Shown here in pieces: positions 53,192 through 63,240 of a stretch of DNA of 64,000 nucleotides. The stretch's first letter is position 1; the number at the start of each line of letters is the position of its first letter. The notes below the pieces were generated by a model. That model saw only the letters and a program-made list of their open reading frames with translations. It did not search any database and was not told the DNA's origin. A program made the position numbers and the translations under genes. The DNA is taken from assembly GCA_038740615.1 (NCBI GenBank), contig JAVYLQ010000001.1:13865-77864 (forward strand), read 5' to 3'. The stretch comes from Candidatus Anstonellales archaeon. GTDB lineage: Archaea; Micrarchaeota; Micrarchaeia; Anstonellales; J096.

Positions 53192-54080
53192 AATACAATT
53201 CTTAGGAACCTCATCTGGAATCCCATCTCTTACTAGAAACTTCCCATCAATCAGCATAAAAGATCTAAGATCTGGAGATATAAATCTGTTTGATGTGGGT
53301 GAGGGAACACAGAGACAGATTCTCAGATACGGTCTAGGCTTGGGTAAGATCCGTAGAATATTCATAAGCCACTTACACATAGATCACTTTCTAGGTTTAT
53401 ATGGATTAGTAGAAACGTATAAAGTTTATGGTATAGAATTACCTGAGATATATCTTCCAGATAGAATACCTTATATAGCTAGTGAATTCCCATTTAAATT
53501 CATCAGAGCCAAGACTCTCGTTGATTCAGAAAACTACAGGATAGATGCATTCAGAGTAAAACACATGAAAAATTCTTATGGGTTTGTGTTTGAGAGTAAG
53601 GGTATTAGGAAGTTTATACCCGAGAGAATAAAGGGACTAAATGACAGGGATTTTATCAATCTGAAGAGTAAGGGATACACAATAAAAGGTGAGAACATAG
53701 TAAAAATAGATGAGATCACTTATATACAGGCCGGGATTAGAATTCTATACACAGGCGATAGTATGTTCTATCCCGATCTAGTGAATATTATAGAGCATGC
53801 TGATGTAGTTATACACGACAGTACTTTCTTAGATGAGGATAGAGAGGCTAGAGATAAGAAACACTCTACTGCATTACAAGCTAGTGAGATGGCTAGATTG
53901 CTAGGAGCCAAACTTCTCATTCTAACCCATATCAGTAACAAATATGAATCTTGGAGAGATGAGGATATAATATCTAAAGTAGGTAATAGTGACATTCCTA
54001 TTGTAGTTGCAAGAGATGGTATGAAAATTACTCTAAAAAGAACGGATTCTGGAGATATAGAATATAATATAAAGATATAA
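53184..54080 (+). CDS. rnz: Ribonuclease Z (tRNA 3' endonuclease, short form)
   Basis: FLGTSSGIPS, DVGEGTQRQ, ISHLHIDH metallo-beta-lactamase motifs; 298 aa. Confidence 0.85.
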   Translation: MIEIQFLGTSSGIPSLTRNFPSISIKDLRSGDINLFDVGEGTQRQILRYGLGLGKIRRIFISHLHIDHFLGLYGLVETYKVYGIELPEIYLPDRIPYIASEFPFKFIRAKTLVDSENYRIDAFRVKHMKNSYGFVFESKGIRKFIPERIKGLNDRDFINLKSKGYTIKGENIVKIDEITYIQAGIRILYTGDSMFYPDLVNIIEHADVVIHDSTFLDEDREARDKKHSTALQASEMARLLGAKLLILTHISNKYESWRDEDIISKVGNSDIPIVVARDGMKITLKRTDSGDIEYNIKI

Positions 54081-54116
54081 AAAGATTTCTATGTTATAAT
54101 AAAAGCAGGTGAGACT

Positions 54117-54404
54117 ATGCCTGAGAACAAACCAGAAAATGATAATGTAGTTCTAATCGGAAAGAAGCCTACAATAGGATATGTGTTAGCAGTACTAACA
54201 CAGCTCAGCCAGGGTGCAAAAGAGGTAATAATAAGAGCAAGAGGAAAGCAGATAGCAAGAGCAGTAACTGTTCTAGAGTTGCTAAAGAGAAAATACAGAC
54301 CAGATATAAAAACAAAGTCTATAACTACATCTACAGAAGATGTACCAAAAGAAGATGGAAAAGTGACAAAAGTCTCTGCTATAGAGATTATAGTAGAGGC
54401 TTAA
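54117..54404 (+). CDS. albA: Alba (Sso10b family) nucleic-acid-binding protein
   Basis: VVLIGKKPTIGYVLAVLTQLSQGAKEVIIRARGKQIARAVTVLE matches Alba. Confidence 0.85.
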   Translation: MPENKPENDNVVLIGKKPTIGYVLAVLTQLSQGAKEVIIRARGKQIARAVTVLELLKRKYRPDIKTKSITTSTEDVPKEDGKVTKVSAIEIIVEA

Positions 54405-54410
54405 TCCTTT

Positions 54411-55100
54411 CTATTTTTTCCCTTCCTTTTCCAATTCTTCATATCTCTTTCTGATCTTGTTGTATAATTCCTCTTTTATATCTCTACCAGCCATATCTGC
54501 TTTCATAGCTATAGAAAGTTTGGATGCAAGTGTTCTGGCCATTTTACCTCTAAGTCGTTTTGGTAATCTATTAACCCAAGGCGATAGATATAATATACCA
54601 TGTTTGGGTGGTTTTATTTTACCTTTGGATCGAATATGTTTAAAGAGTGCCTTTTCTGCACCGATAACCTGTATAGTTGATGCTGGCGCATTCACCAATT
54701 TATCATAACTACCCATTTTCTCTAACATCATAGCTACTATAAAAGGACCTACTAAATAGCTCGAATTAGGAAATCTACTCTGAATAAGTTGCTCTATCTT
54801 CTGCCTGATCTGCCGTTCCTCACGTCGTATGACATCGTATATATCGACAAATTCTCTGTAAACACTCTCATCAAATCCGTGTTTTCTAATTGATTCATAT
54901 ATCTGTGGGTCCTTAGGATCTTTCACATCTAGATACATAGAATTTTTAATCCACTCTTGTAATCTCTCTTCAAAGAGATTCTGAGTATCCTTTAGATCAT
55001 AATATGCTCTAATCAGATTAACTATATACTGATCCTCTGAAGGTTCCTGTAACTCTCTCTCCAATTTTTTCAAGAATTTCTTCTTTAAATCATCTCTCAT
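54411..55100 (-). CDS. nop5: Nop5 (Nop56/58)-like protein, NOP domain only (short)
   Basis: NOP-domain signature PASTIQVIGAEKALFKHIRSKGKIKPPKHGILY...GKMARTLASKLSIAMKAD. Only 229 aa, so the N-terminal fibrillarin-binding domain appears absent. Confidence 0.7.
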   Translation of the reverse strand: MRDDLKKKFLKKLERELQEPSEDQYIVNLIRAYYDLKDTQNLFEERLQEWIKNSMYLDVKDPKDPQIYESIRKHGFDESVYREFVDIYDVIRREERQIRQKIEQLIQSRFPNSSYLVGPFIVAMMLEKMGSYDKLVNAPASTIQVIGAEKALFKHIRSKGKIKPPKHGILYLSPWVNRLPKRLRGKMARTLASKLSIAMKADMAGRDIKEELYNKIRKRYEELEKEGKK

Positions 55101-56347
55101 AGAAATAGATTCTTAATTAGGAATATTGGATCAGTAAGCTGTTTCTTATACTTAAGAGTATCCTCGGATACTATTGTGGAAGTGATCAATTCTTTTAATT
55201 CTCTCTTATGATTCACTCTGTTGAAGAAATGATTCAACAACCATCTAATGGAACCAAGTCTCTGAATCCTATACATTGTTTGGAGTTCTGGATCTAATTT
55301 CTCCTTTAATAGATCATCGTACATTTTCAATACTTTCTCTGAAAAGTCCCCTAATTCAAAAGCTTTTTTTATTGTTTGAGCTGCTAATTTAGATGATAGT
55401 AGTGCATTCCCTATACCCTCTCCTGTCAGAGGATCTATTAGAGCTGCAGCATCACCAACTAGGAGTAACCCATTGAAATATGGTTTTCTTCTCTTAGAAC
55501 CCAAAGGTAATGTCCAACCTATTATATTAGTTAATCTCTTAGCATTCTTAAATCTATCTTTAAATTTAGGGTGTTCATTTATCAATTTTTCCATGAGTTG
55601 GGTTAAATTAATCTTCTTGTTTCTCATGTCTCTATCCAACATTCCAATACCAACGTTAGCTTTCTTACCTTCTAGAGGGAATATCCAGAAGTATCCAGGT
55701 AATGCCTCTTCTACAAAATGTATTTCTATTACCTCTCTCATTCCCTCCACTCCATCGTAATATGCTCTTACAGCAGAAACATAATGATCTGGATCTCTGA
55801 ATGCAACTCCTGCCTTGTTAGCTACTACTGAAGCAGCACCATCCGCCCCAACTATTATTTTTGCTCTAAACTCATGTATATTTCCAGAATTATCTTTAGC
55901 CAATACACCTACGTAATTATCATTCTCTTTTATCAGATCAAACACAGTCATTTGCTCATAGGCGTCCAAACCCTCTATTTTCTTAGCATTTTGATATAGA
56001 AAATTATCGAAATCAATTCTTCTAACAACAGCTCCATGAGGCTTGGCATCAGGTTTTTCCTGTCTAGAATCTACTATAAGATCGACGCCATTAGGTCCAC
56101 TCATCCACACACCATATCCTGGTCCATGTGGTAATTTGAATAACTCATCAAACAGACCTAGTTCCTTAAGAATTGTAGAAGATTTACCACTTACTCCATC
56201 ACCACACACCTTATCTCTAGGAAACTTTTGCTTATCCAATAGAGCGATCTTCAATCCACTATCTCTAAGATGAAGAGCTGTTCCAGACCCACCAGGACCC
56301 GCCCCAACTATAACTACATCATATTCATGTAGTATGTTCTGACTCAT
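55097..56347 (-). CDS. Geranylgeranyl reductase family FAD-dependent oxidoreductase (digeranylgeranylglycerophospholipid reductase-like)
   Basis: YDVVIVGAGPGGSGTA FAD-binding motif, CGDGVS, C-terminal GDAA; 416 aa. Confidence 0.85.
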   Translation of the reverse strand: MSQNILHEYDVVIVGAGPGGSGTALHLRDSGLKIALLDKQKFPRDKVCGDGVSGKSSTILKELGLFDELFKLPHGPGYGVWMSGPNGVDLIVDSRQEKPDAKPHGAVVRRIDFDNFLYQNAKKIEGLDAYEQMTVFDLIKENDNYVGVLAKDNSGNIHEFRAKIIVGADGAASVVANKAGVAFRDPDHYVSAVRAYYDGVEGMREVIEIHFVEEALPGYFWIFPLEGKKANVGIGMLDRDMRNKKINLTQLMEKLINEHPKFKDRFKNAKRLTNIIGWTLPLGSKRRKPYFNGLLLVGDAAALIDPLTGEGIGNALLSSKLAAQTIKKAFELGDFSEKVLKMYDDLLKEKLDPELQTMYRIQRLGSIRWLLNHFFNRVNHKRELKELITSTIVSEDTLKYKKQLTDPIFLIKNLFL

Positions 56348-56397
56348 GAGTTTATTAAGAAAAATAGCTATTTAAAGATATCGAATATGCTATATAT

Positions 56398-57144
56398 ATG
56401 CTGCTTAAGTTCTCATTTTTAGGTTCAGAATATGATTTCGATGAAGCTAAGTATATAATAATACCTGTTATCTATGGAAAACCCTTATCAAGAGAGGCAG
56501 CGATAGGGATTATTCGCCAATCATTAAATCTTCCAGGTTACAACAATAGATATGGAATACGATATAACGATATTCCGGTTTATACATTTGATCTTGTCAT
56601 CCCTTCTATAGATCCTTCCAAAGCTATGCGCGAATTACATAATATTTTAGATTATATTCTGTCCAAAAACAAAATTCCAATAATGATTGGTGGGGATCAC
56701 TCGATCACAATATCTACTGTAGGTTTATTTAACAGATATATTCTTGTAGATGCTCATCTGGATTTATATTCTGAGTATGAAGGTAGTGAATACAGTCATG
56801 CATGTGTTGGTAGAAGATTGATCGAATATTCGGAGGAAATCTATTACTATGGGGTGAGGGTTGTAGAGCCCGAAGAATTAGATATTGCATATAAAACTCT
56901 AGATAGATTAGAAATAGATAGATTCTATCTATCTGTGGATCTTGATGTGTTGGATCCTATTTATGTAGATACAAATGTCCCAAGTTATGGAGGCAAATCA
57001 TATGGAGAATTGTTAGAATTTATAGAAGGAATAACTGGTAAGATGGTGTTAGGTATGGATTTCGTAGAAACAGTAGATAATCCAAAAAGCACCTATCTCA
57101 CCGCCGATTTGATCGCAAATACTTTAGCTATTCTAGAGAGTTAA
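56398..57144 (+). CDS. speB: Arginase/agmatinase family hydrolase (probable agmatinase)
   Basis: IMIGGDHSIT, VDAHLD, SVDLDVLDP Mn-binding motifs; 248 aa. Confidence 0.75.
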   Translation: MLLKFSFLGSEYDFDEAKYIIIPVIYGKPLSREAAIGIIRQSLNLPGYNNRYGIRYNDIPVYTFDLVIPSIDPSKAMRELHNILDYILSKNKIPIMIGGDHSITISTVGLFNRYILVDAHLDLYSEYEGSEYSHACVGRRLIEYSEEIYYYGVRVVEPEELDIAYKTLDRLEIDRFYLSVDLDVLDPIYVDTNVPSYGGKSYGELLEFIEGITGKMVLGMDFVETVDNPKSTYLTADLIANTLAILES

Positions 57145-58225
57145 TTATATCTCTCCATCTACTCGCAATAACCTCTGGACTGAATTTCTCTCTTACATAC
57201 CTCTCTCCAGGAACCCTATCATACTCTTCCAATAACATAGGTAAACTCTCTACCCAGACCTGTCCCTCTCTAGAGTTAACATCTGTTGCCACAGGCAATA
57301 GAGCACCTAACTCAGTTCTGTAAGGGTATTCTGGTCGGAATTCAAAATCATATATTCCTAATGCCTCTCTAGATCCATATTTATAATCAGAAGTAAATAC
57401 AGGTATATTCAGGGACAATGCCTCTAATAGCACAATACCAAACCCTTCCATTACTGAAGTATGTATATATGCCTTTGCACCTTTAAGATAAACATACGGA
57501 TTATTGGTCTTGAATATATAAACATCTGCCTCCTCATCTGGAGACCTACCCACTCTGAATCCACGGGATTTTGCCAAATTTATCAATTCATTCTCCAAAG
57601 GCCCATATCCTAAGATCAGAAGTTTTAGATCATTCCTATTCCTAATCTTACTATAAACGTCTATTAGAAACTTCTGATTTTTAAGATCCACGTATCTTCC
57701 GATGTTTATGATATATCCCTCATCTAAATATTTACCACGTGTTGCCTGATCTTTAATATAATCTAAATCAATAGGATTATGAATTGTTATCGTATTTGGG
57801 TTCTCATATCTACGGATAGCGTCAACCCTCATATGTTCTGACACACATACAATCCTATCCGCTGACTTGAATACTTGTTTCTCGAATGGGATTTTTCGAT
57901 TTAAGTTTAAATGATGTATCACCATTATCGCTTTGGTTCCAAGAGAGTTCTTCATAATAAAATTTAAAAAATTGGATTGATTGAGATGTGAAATTATTAC
58001 ATCATTCACTGCAAAAAATTTTCTAGCCTTTAAGAGAAAAACAGGCATATACAGATAAGTTAAGATACCGCTCATTCTCTTAGTTCTAATCAATGGTGTG
58101 TATTTGACATCTAATTGCATAGAGTTATCATATAGTGTAAATATTTCCATATCCAAATATTTCGATAGAGTAATCAGTGATCTCTCTGCACCTCCTAGTT
58201 CTAGAGAATTTATTAGCATTTTCAT
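57128..58225 (-). CDS. Glycosyltransferase family 4
   Basis: C-terminal EGFGIVLLEALSLNIPVFTSD GT4 motif; ATGA-coupled downstream of glmS. Confidence 0.75.
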   Translation of the reverse strand: MKMLINSLELGGAERSLITLSKYLDMEIFTLYDNSMQLDVKYTPLIRTKRMSGILTYLYMPVFLLKARKFFAVNDVIISHLNQSNFLNFIMKNSLGTKAIMVIHHLNLNRKIPFEKQVFKSADRIVCVSEHMRVDAIRRYENPNTITIHNPIDLDYIKDQATRGKYLDEGYIINIGRYVDLKNQKFLIDVYSKIRNRNDLKLLILGYGPLENELINLAKSRGFRVGRSPDEEADVYIFKTNNPYVYLKGAKAYIHTSVMEGFGIVLLEALSLNIPVFTSDYKYGSREALGIYDFEFRPEYPYRTELGALLPVATDVNSREGQVWVESLPMLLEEYDRVPGERYVREKFSPEVIASRWRDIINSLE

Positions 58226-59823
58226 TCTACAGTCACCGCTTTAGCTAAAAATCTTGGTTTGTCAGGATCTCTCCCCAAACCAACAGCCATATTATATGCT
58301 AATCTTTGCAAATATACTATCGCAGCAATATGGAAATAGTTTGGAGTTAAAAAATTCGGATCTATAAGAAATACTTTACTGCCTCTAGCAACAATCTCCT
58401 TGTAGTTATTAATAGCACTCTGATAACTCTCATCATTCCCATGGATAAATACTGTTTGTGAGTTCTCATCAAAAAGACTTAGTGGTCCATGCTTCATCTC
58501 CCCTGCTGCAAATGCCTCAGCATGTACATAACTTATCTCTTTCAGTTTTAGAGCCCCTTCCATAGCAATTGGATAATTTATACCTTTACCAACAAAGAAG
58601 GTTTTTTTCGTTGGATCTAGCTGGATAAGATCTTTTCTAAGAGCTATATCAATTGCCTGTTTTATTTCATTAAGATCAAATCTACCAATAAGCTTATAAC
58701 CAAATAGAACCTGAGTTAAGAATGTTTTAGTAGCAGCCACCCCAATTTCTATTCCAGCATTCATGGGGATTACATAATCAGAGATTGCAGCTAATGTTGA
58801 ACCTAAATAGTTGGTTAAAGATAACACTTTAGCCCCTTTGGATTTTGCATAATTAACTGAATTAATAGTATCTATAGTTTCTCCACTCTGACTGATAGTG
58901 AAAATATATTTTGAAGGTTTAGTGACCAGATATGGGTACTCAGATGAAATGTAAGGGATTATATTGAACTTTGTCAGATACTTTATGAATAATATAGCAT
59001 GATAGCTACTACCTGCAGCTATTCCATCAACTCGGTTTTTTCTGAGTATTTCCCTAATGCTCTTCAGATCTCCAGGTAGTATTGATTCAACAATATCTCT
59101 CTGCTCATGTATTTCCTTTAGCATGAAATGCGGATATTCCCCTTTTATAGCTGATTCAAAATTGCCCTCAAATACTCTAACTGGTCTCTCTATTACGATA
59201 CCATTATTAAATATCTTATACCCTCCCTGCTCTATATAACCATAATCACCGTCTTCTAATCTTATATATTCTCTTGTATATTTTATGAATGCTGCTATAT
59301 CCGAAGCTAAAAACATTTCCCCATATCCCACACCAATTATTAGAGGAGTTCCTCTTTTTGCAAAATATACTCTACTGTTATCGTTTTCAAGTATGATTGC
59401 CAAACTATACACCCCATCTAGAGAATTGGATAATCTATATAAAGCCCTCAAAATATCTTTTTCCTCCTCCAGGTATAAATTGAGAAGTGCTGCAATCCTC
59501 TCTGTATCGGTATCTGATTTTAAATCTGGAAATTCAGGTAGATCTACGGTTCCGTTATGAACTAATACTATTTTACCATATTTATGGGGGTGAGCATTCC
59601 TCTCCTCTATACCCCCATGTGTTGCCCATCTAGTATGAGCAATAACCGGTGATCTCAACGTTTCTGGAATCTTTGGTATAAATTCATCAACTTTACCAAC
59701 TGATCTTATTAATCTACCATCGTACAATCCTACAGAATCATATCCTCTATATTCTATTGCTTTCAGACCATATAATATAAATTCTTTTGGTCTGTTACCA
59801 ACATATCCTAGTATCCCGCACAT
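58222..59823 (-). CDS. glmS: Glutamine--fructose-6-phosphate aminotransferase
   Basis: N-terminal MCGILGYVG nucleophile, two SIS domains (SQSGET). Confidence 0.9.
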   Translation of the reverse strand: MCGILGYVGNRPKEFILYGLKAIEYRGYDSVGLYDGRLIRSVGKVDEFIPKIPETLRSPVIAHTRWATHGGIEERNAHPHKYGKIVLVHNGTVDLPEFPDLKSDTDTERIAALLNLYLEEEKDILRALYRLSNSLDGVYSLAIILENDNSRVYFAKRGTPLIIGVGYGEMFLASDIAAFIKYTREYIRLEDGDYGYIEQGGYKIFNNGIVIERPVRVFEGNFESAIKGEYPHFMLKEIHEQRDIVESILPGDLKSIREILRKNRVDGIAAGSSYHAILFIKYLTKFNIIPYISSEYPYLVTKPSKYIFTISQSGETIDTINSVNYAKSKGAKVLSLTNYLGSTLAAISDYVIPMNAGIEIGVAATKTFLTQVLFGYKLIGRFDLNEIKQAIDIALRKDLIQLDPTKKTFFVGKGINYPIAMEGALKLKEISYVHAEAFAAGEMKHGPLSLFDENSQTVFIHGNDESYQSAINNYKEIVARGSKVFLIDPNFLTPNYFHIAAIVYLQRLAYNMAVGLGRDPDKPRFLAKAVTVE

Positions 59824-59859
59824 TGATTTAAAATAGATGTTTTGAATTAAAAAGTTTAT

Positions 59860-60702
59860 ATGTACATTGGTTATCCATGTGTGAATTATACTATCAAAAG
59901 ATCTACAAATAATACGTTTAAACTTAGTTCATACAGTCATCAGAAAGTAAGAGAGACTGTGCAAAAGAATATAGATCATTTCTGGGACATTCTGAAGTTT
60001 AATCTTAGATATGATATTAAATTTTTTAGATTGGGTTCTCAGTTCATCCCGTTCGCAAGCCATGATATTTTTGATTTTAATTGGCAGGATGAATTTAGAG
60101 ATCAACTAGAGGAACTTGGCGAATTTATAAGAGAACACGAATTTTTCATTACCATGCATCCTGGACAATATGTGGTTCTCAACTCCAAAAATCAGGATGT
60201 AATTCGGAGAAGCATAAGGGAATTAGAGTGGCACGCAGATCTATTGGATTTAATGAAAATAGATGGTTTGATACAGATACATATCGGAGGAATTTTCGAT
60301 AACAAACCTGAAGCTATAAATAGATTTCTAAATTCTTATAATAGCTTACCCTATAAAGTAAGAAGGAGATTGGCTATTGAGAATGATGATAGATTATATA
60401 ATTTTGAAGATGTTCTAATGATAGCGAGATCTACAGGAGCGCATATTGTATTTGATGTATACCATGATAGGATAAATCCATCAAATTACTCATTACAGGA
60501 GATTTTAGATATTCTAAAAGATAATCTGATTATAGACTATAGTTCTGGTGATGATAGAGGGAAACATGCCGACACACTAGATGCCTATGATTTTCTTCAG
60601 TTCTATAGAACTGTAGAAGGATATAATCCAAAAATAATGTTTGAGATCAAGGACAAGGAAAAAAGTGTGCTAACGGCTAAAGATCTAATAAAAACAAAAT
60701 AG
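59860..60702 (+). CDS. uvdE: UV damage endonuclease UvdE/UvsE
   Basis: RLGSQFIPFASH, HPGQYVVLNS, IQIHIGG, AIENDD, VFDVYH match the UvsE TIM-barrel endonuclease motifs. Confidence 0.75.
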   Translation: MYIGYPCVNYTIKRSTNNTFKLSSYSHQKVRETVQKNIDHFWDILKFNLRYDIKFFRLGSQFIPFASHDIFDFNWQDEFRDQLEELGEFIREHEFFITMHPGQYVVLNSKNQDVIRRSIRELEWHADLLDLMKIDGLIQIHIGGIFDNKPEAINRFLNSYNSLPYKVRRRLAIENDDRLYNFEDVLMIARSTGAHIVFDVYHDRINPSNYSLQEILDILKDNLIIDYSSGDDRGKHADTLDAYDFLQFYRTVEGYNPKIMFEIKDKEKSVLTAKDLIKTK

Positions 60703-60720
60703 GTTATGAATACAGCAATG

Positions 60721-60806
60721 TGCAGGGGGTGGGATTTGAACCCACGAACCCACAACGGGACCAGGTCTTAAGCCTGGCGCCTTTGACCAGACTTGGCTAC
60801 CCCTGC
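60721..60806 (-). tRNA. tRNA-Leu (anticodon UAA), class II with long variable arm
   Basis: Reverse complement GCAGGGG-UA-GCC..GGC-G-CCAGG-CUUAAGA-CCUGG-(15-nt variable arm)-GUGGG-UUCAAAU-CCCAC-CCCCUGC-A folds as a cloverleaf. Confidence 0.85.
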
Positions 60807-60860
60807 TCAATTTATTTTTCAGATCTGTATTTTAAAAAATATCACAATAAATATTCATAT

Positions 60861-61265
60861 ATGAAATATTTAAAAATCCCTATCAAACCCATATATCCAG
60901 ATGCTAGTAGGATAAATTCGATAGAAGATATATCTAATCTTCTAGTAGACATATTAGGCCTAGGTCGTAGTAAAGTGGTTAGATACATAATCAGAAGACT
61001 GATAGAGGCAAAACTATCAAGAACACATGTTACAATAGATCAATTATACATAGAATCCAGATTGAATAGAAAATCTCTGTATTACCATATGAAAAGATTA
61101 CAGAGGTTAGGTATAGTAAATAGAGAGAATAAAGCTTACTTCTTAGGAGAAACTGTAGACCAGCCCTTGAAATCATTTCTGGAAAATCTATATAAGAGCA
61201 AATTAGATCGGATGGTAGAGACAATCTCCCAGATACTAGCTATTGCTTCAAATCGTTTCGGATAA
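60861..61265 (+). CDS. Winged-helix transcriptional regulator-like protein
   Basis: 134 aa; LYIESRLNRKSLYYHMKRLQRLGIV resembles a wHTH recognition helix plus wing. Start at 60861, because the track ORF start at 60720 overlaps the tRNA. Confidence 0.5.
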   Translation: MKYLKIPIKPIYPDASRINSIEDISNLLVDILGLGRSKVVRYIIRRLIEAKLSRTHVTIDQLYIESRLNRKSLYYHMKRLQRLGIVNRENKAYFLGETVDQPLKSFLENLYKSKLDRMVETISQILAIASNRFG

Positions 61266-61761
61266 CTCTCTTCCCATTTTCAGAAGGAATTATAATTAGT
61301 TTGGGATTCTTAAACTCTGCTCTCTTACCTAAAATGTGTAACATAATCCCCAAAGCTGCTACTTCACTGTGAGGTTGATTACCTATGGCAATATTATAAT
61401 CAGAAATCGAATAGATTTCTCTGGGAACTCTACTACCACCTATTATTATAACCATCTTGTCTAAAGATCTTAGAGTCTGGATTTTCTCCTCTACAGGTAT
61501 TCCATACATAGTTAAATGAATAAGAACATACCCAGATTCCTTGTAATTTCTGAGAGTTTTCATGATGTCATCAGAATACTCTATCTCCATCGCCTGCCCC
61601 CACCTGGATTCCACATTCCTGATACTATTTTCAAGGGCTGTATCCCTGTCTCCAGAATAAATAAATTTTGATGCTCCAAATGCTCTTGCAACCAGAGCAC
61701 AGTGTGAAGTTATTCTCTGATCTCTAACTATCCTATGCCCTAATCTTACGATAACAATCAT
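61240..61761 (-). CDS. tRNA (cytidine56-2'-O)-methyltransferase aTrm56 (SPOUT)
   Basis: MIVIVRLGHRIVRDQRITSHCALVARAFGA matches the aTrm56 N-terminal signature; 173 aa. Confidence 0.7.
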   Translation of the reverse strand: MIVIVRLGHRIVRDQRITSHCALVARAFGASKFIYSGDRDTALENSIRNVESRWGQAMEIEYSDDIMKTLRNYKESGYVLIHLTMYGIPVEEKIQTLRSLDKMVIIIGGSRVPREIYSISDYNIAIGNQPHSEVAALGIMLHILGKRAEFKNPKLIIIPSENGKRVIRNDLKQ

Positions 61762-61789
61762 ATTTTTTAATGATTCTATTCCTATTTAA

Positions 61790-62470
61790 ATGATGCATGT
61801 TGCTGTAATCCCAGATGGTAATAGAAGATGGGCTAGAAGTAGAGGACTGAGTCTAGAAGAGGGCTATGAGGCTGGAATAAAGAAGTTTGCAGAGTTCGTC
61901 AAGTGGTCTATAGAATTGGGAATCACCGAGATAACTGGGTGGGGAATGAGTTATGATAATTATAGGAACAGGGATAGAGAGGTTCTAGATAGTATAAAAA
62001 GAATTGTTAATAGGTATTACGAGGAGAATAAGAATAGGAAAGATGAGATTATGACAACTTACCCTATATTAAAAGATATAAATCTGAAGGTTTATGGATA
62101 TTTTGAAGAGTTAACAGATGAGGAAAGAGAGTATATAGAGTTGATAAACAACCAATTGAATGGTGAAAAATATAAGGTAAATATTTTGCTATTTTACAAT
62201 GGTAGAATTGAGATACTAAGTGCTGTTCGTAAGTTAGTTAATTCAGAAAAAATAGATCTAGATAGTCTGGAAAAGAACCTTATGCTGAAATCCAAGCCTG
62301 ATATAATAATAAGGACCGGGGGTAGGATAAGAACCTCGGGCTTTCTACCAATACAATCTGAGTATTCAGAATGGTTCTTCCTGGAGAAATTATGGCCAGA
62401 TTTTACCAGAGAGGATTATATTAAGATATTAAATGAATTTCAAACCAGAGAGAGAAATTTTGGAAGATGA
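61790..62470 (+). CDS. uppS: cis-Prenyltransferase (undecaprenyl/dolichyl diphosphate synthase family)
   Basis: HVAVIPDGNRRWA, IIRTGGRIRTSGFLPIQSEYSEWFFLEKLWPDF. Confidence 0.85.
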   Translation: MMHVAVIPDGNRRWARSRGLSLEEGYEAGIKKFAEFVKWSIELGITEITGWGMSYDNYRNRDREVLDSIKRIVNRYYEENKNRKDEIMTTYPILKDINLKVYGYFEELTDEEREYIELINNQLNGEKYKVNILLFYNGRIEILSAVRKLVNSEKIDLDSLEKNLMLKSKPDIIIRTGGRIRTSGFLPIQSEYSEWFFLEKLWPDFTREDYIKILNEFQTRERNFGR

Positions 62471-63240
62471 AAATAGAACTAGATACAGAATTGAATGCAT
62501 ATCAGAATGCTGTCAGATATTTCGAACTAGCTAAGGAATTAAGAAAGAAGCTGGATGGAATGAGAGCTGCTCTACAGGAAATTGATAGGAAGATTGCCGA
62601 GGAGAAGAGAAGGTTGGAGGAGCAGGCCAGAGAGATTGAGAGCCAGAAGAAAGTGATTGTAGAGAAGGAATGGTATGAGAGATTCAATTGGAGTCTAACA
62701 TCATCTGGTAAGTTAGTGCTAATAGGCAAAGATGAACGGCAGAACGAATTCCTGGTTCGTAACTATCTGAAGGATAACGATCTGTTCTTTCATGCTGATA
62801 TTAAAGGATCTGCAGCTGTTATCCTGCTGAATGGCATTCAATCAGATTTAGATGAGAGGTTGGAGGTAGCACAGCTTGCTGCTAGCTATAGTAGAGCCTG
62901 GAAGGAGGGGATAGGTTATGTAAATGTGTATTGTGTAAAAGCTGATCAAGTAACTAAGAGTAGTATGGAAGGTTATCTAGGTACAGGCGGTTTTTTGATA
63001 AAGGGTGAAAGAGAATGGTATAAGAATACACCTCTATCGCTCAAACTTGGTATCAGTAATGGTAAATTGCTTATAGTTTCAGAGTATTATAAATCTCCTC
63101 TGGATAAACAGATCATTCTTATGCCTGGAACAAAATTTTCTAAAGGAGAACTAGCTAAGAGATTAGCTAAATACTATAACATCCATCCAGATGAGTTTCT
63201 AAGCAGATTGCCCGCTGGAGAATATATTATTAGATCCTGA
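62467..63240 (+). CDS. NFACT-R (DUF814) domain protein with N-terminal coiled coil (RqcH/FbpA C-terminal-like)
   Basis: LFFHADIKGSAAVIL matches the NFACT-R signature (FHa...GS.vvl); 257 aa; ATGA overlap with uppS. Confidence 0.55.
   Translation: MKIELDTELNAYQNAVRYFELAKELRKKLDGMRAALQEIDRKIAEEKRRLEEQAREIESQKKVIVEKEWYERFNWSLTSSGKLVLIGKDERQNEFLVRNYLKDNDLFFHADIKGSAAVILLNGIQSDLDERLEVAQLAASYSRAWKEGIGYVNVYCVKADQVTKSSMEGYLGTGGFLIKGEREWYKNTPLSLKLGISNGKLLIVSEYYKSPLDKQIILMPGTKFSKGELAKRLAKYYNIHPDEFLSRLPAGEYIIRS

Noticed and set aside
60720-60860. Long version of ORF 60720..61265 starting at MQGVGFEPT
   Set aside because: Its first 29 codons are the antisense of tRNA-Leu (60721..60806). The conserved protein begins at the Met at 60861.
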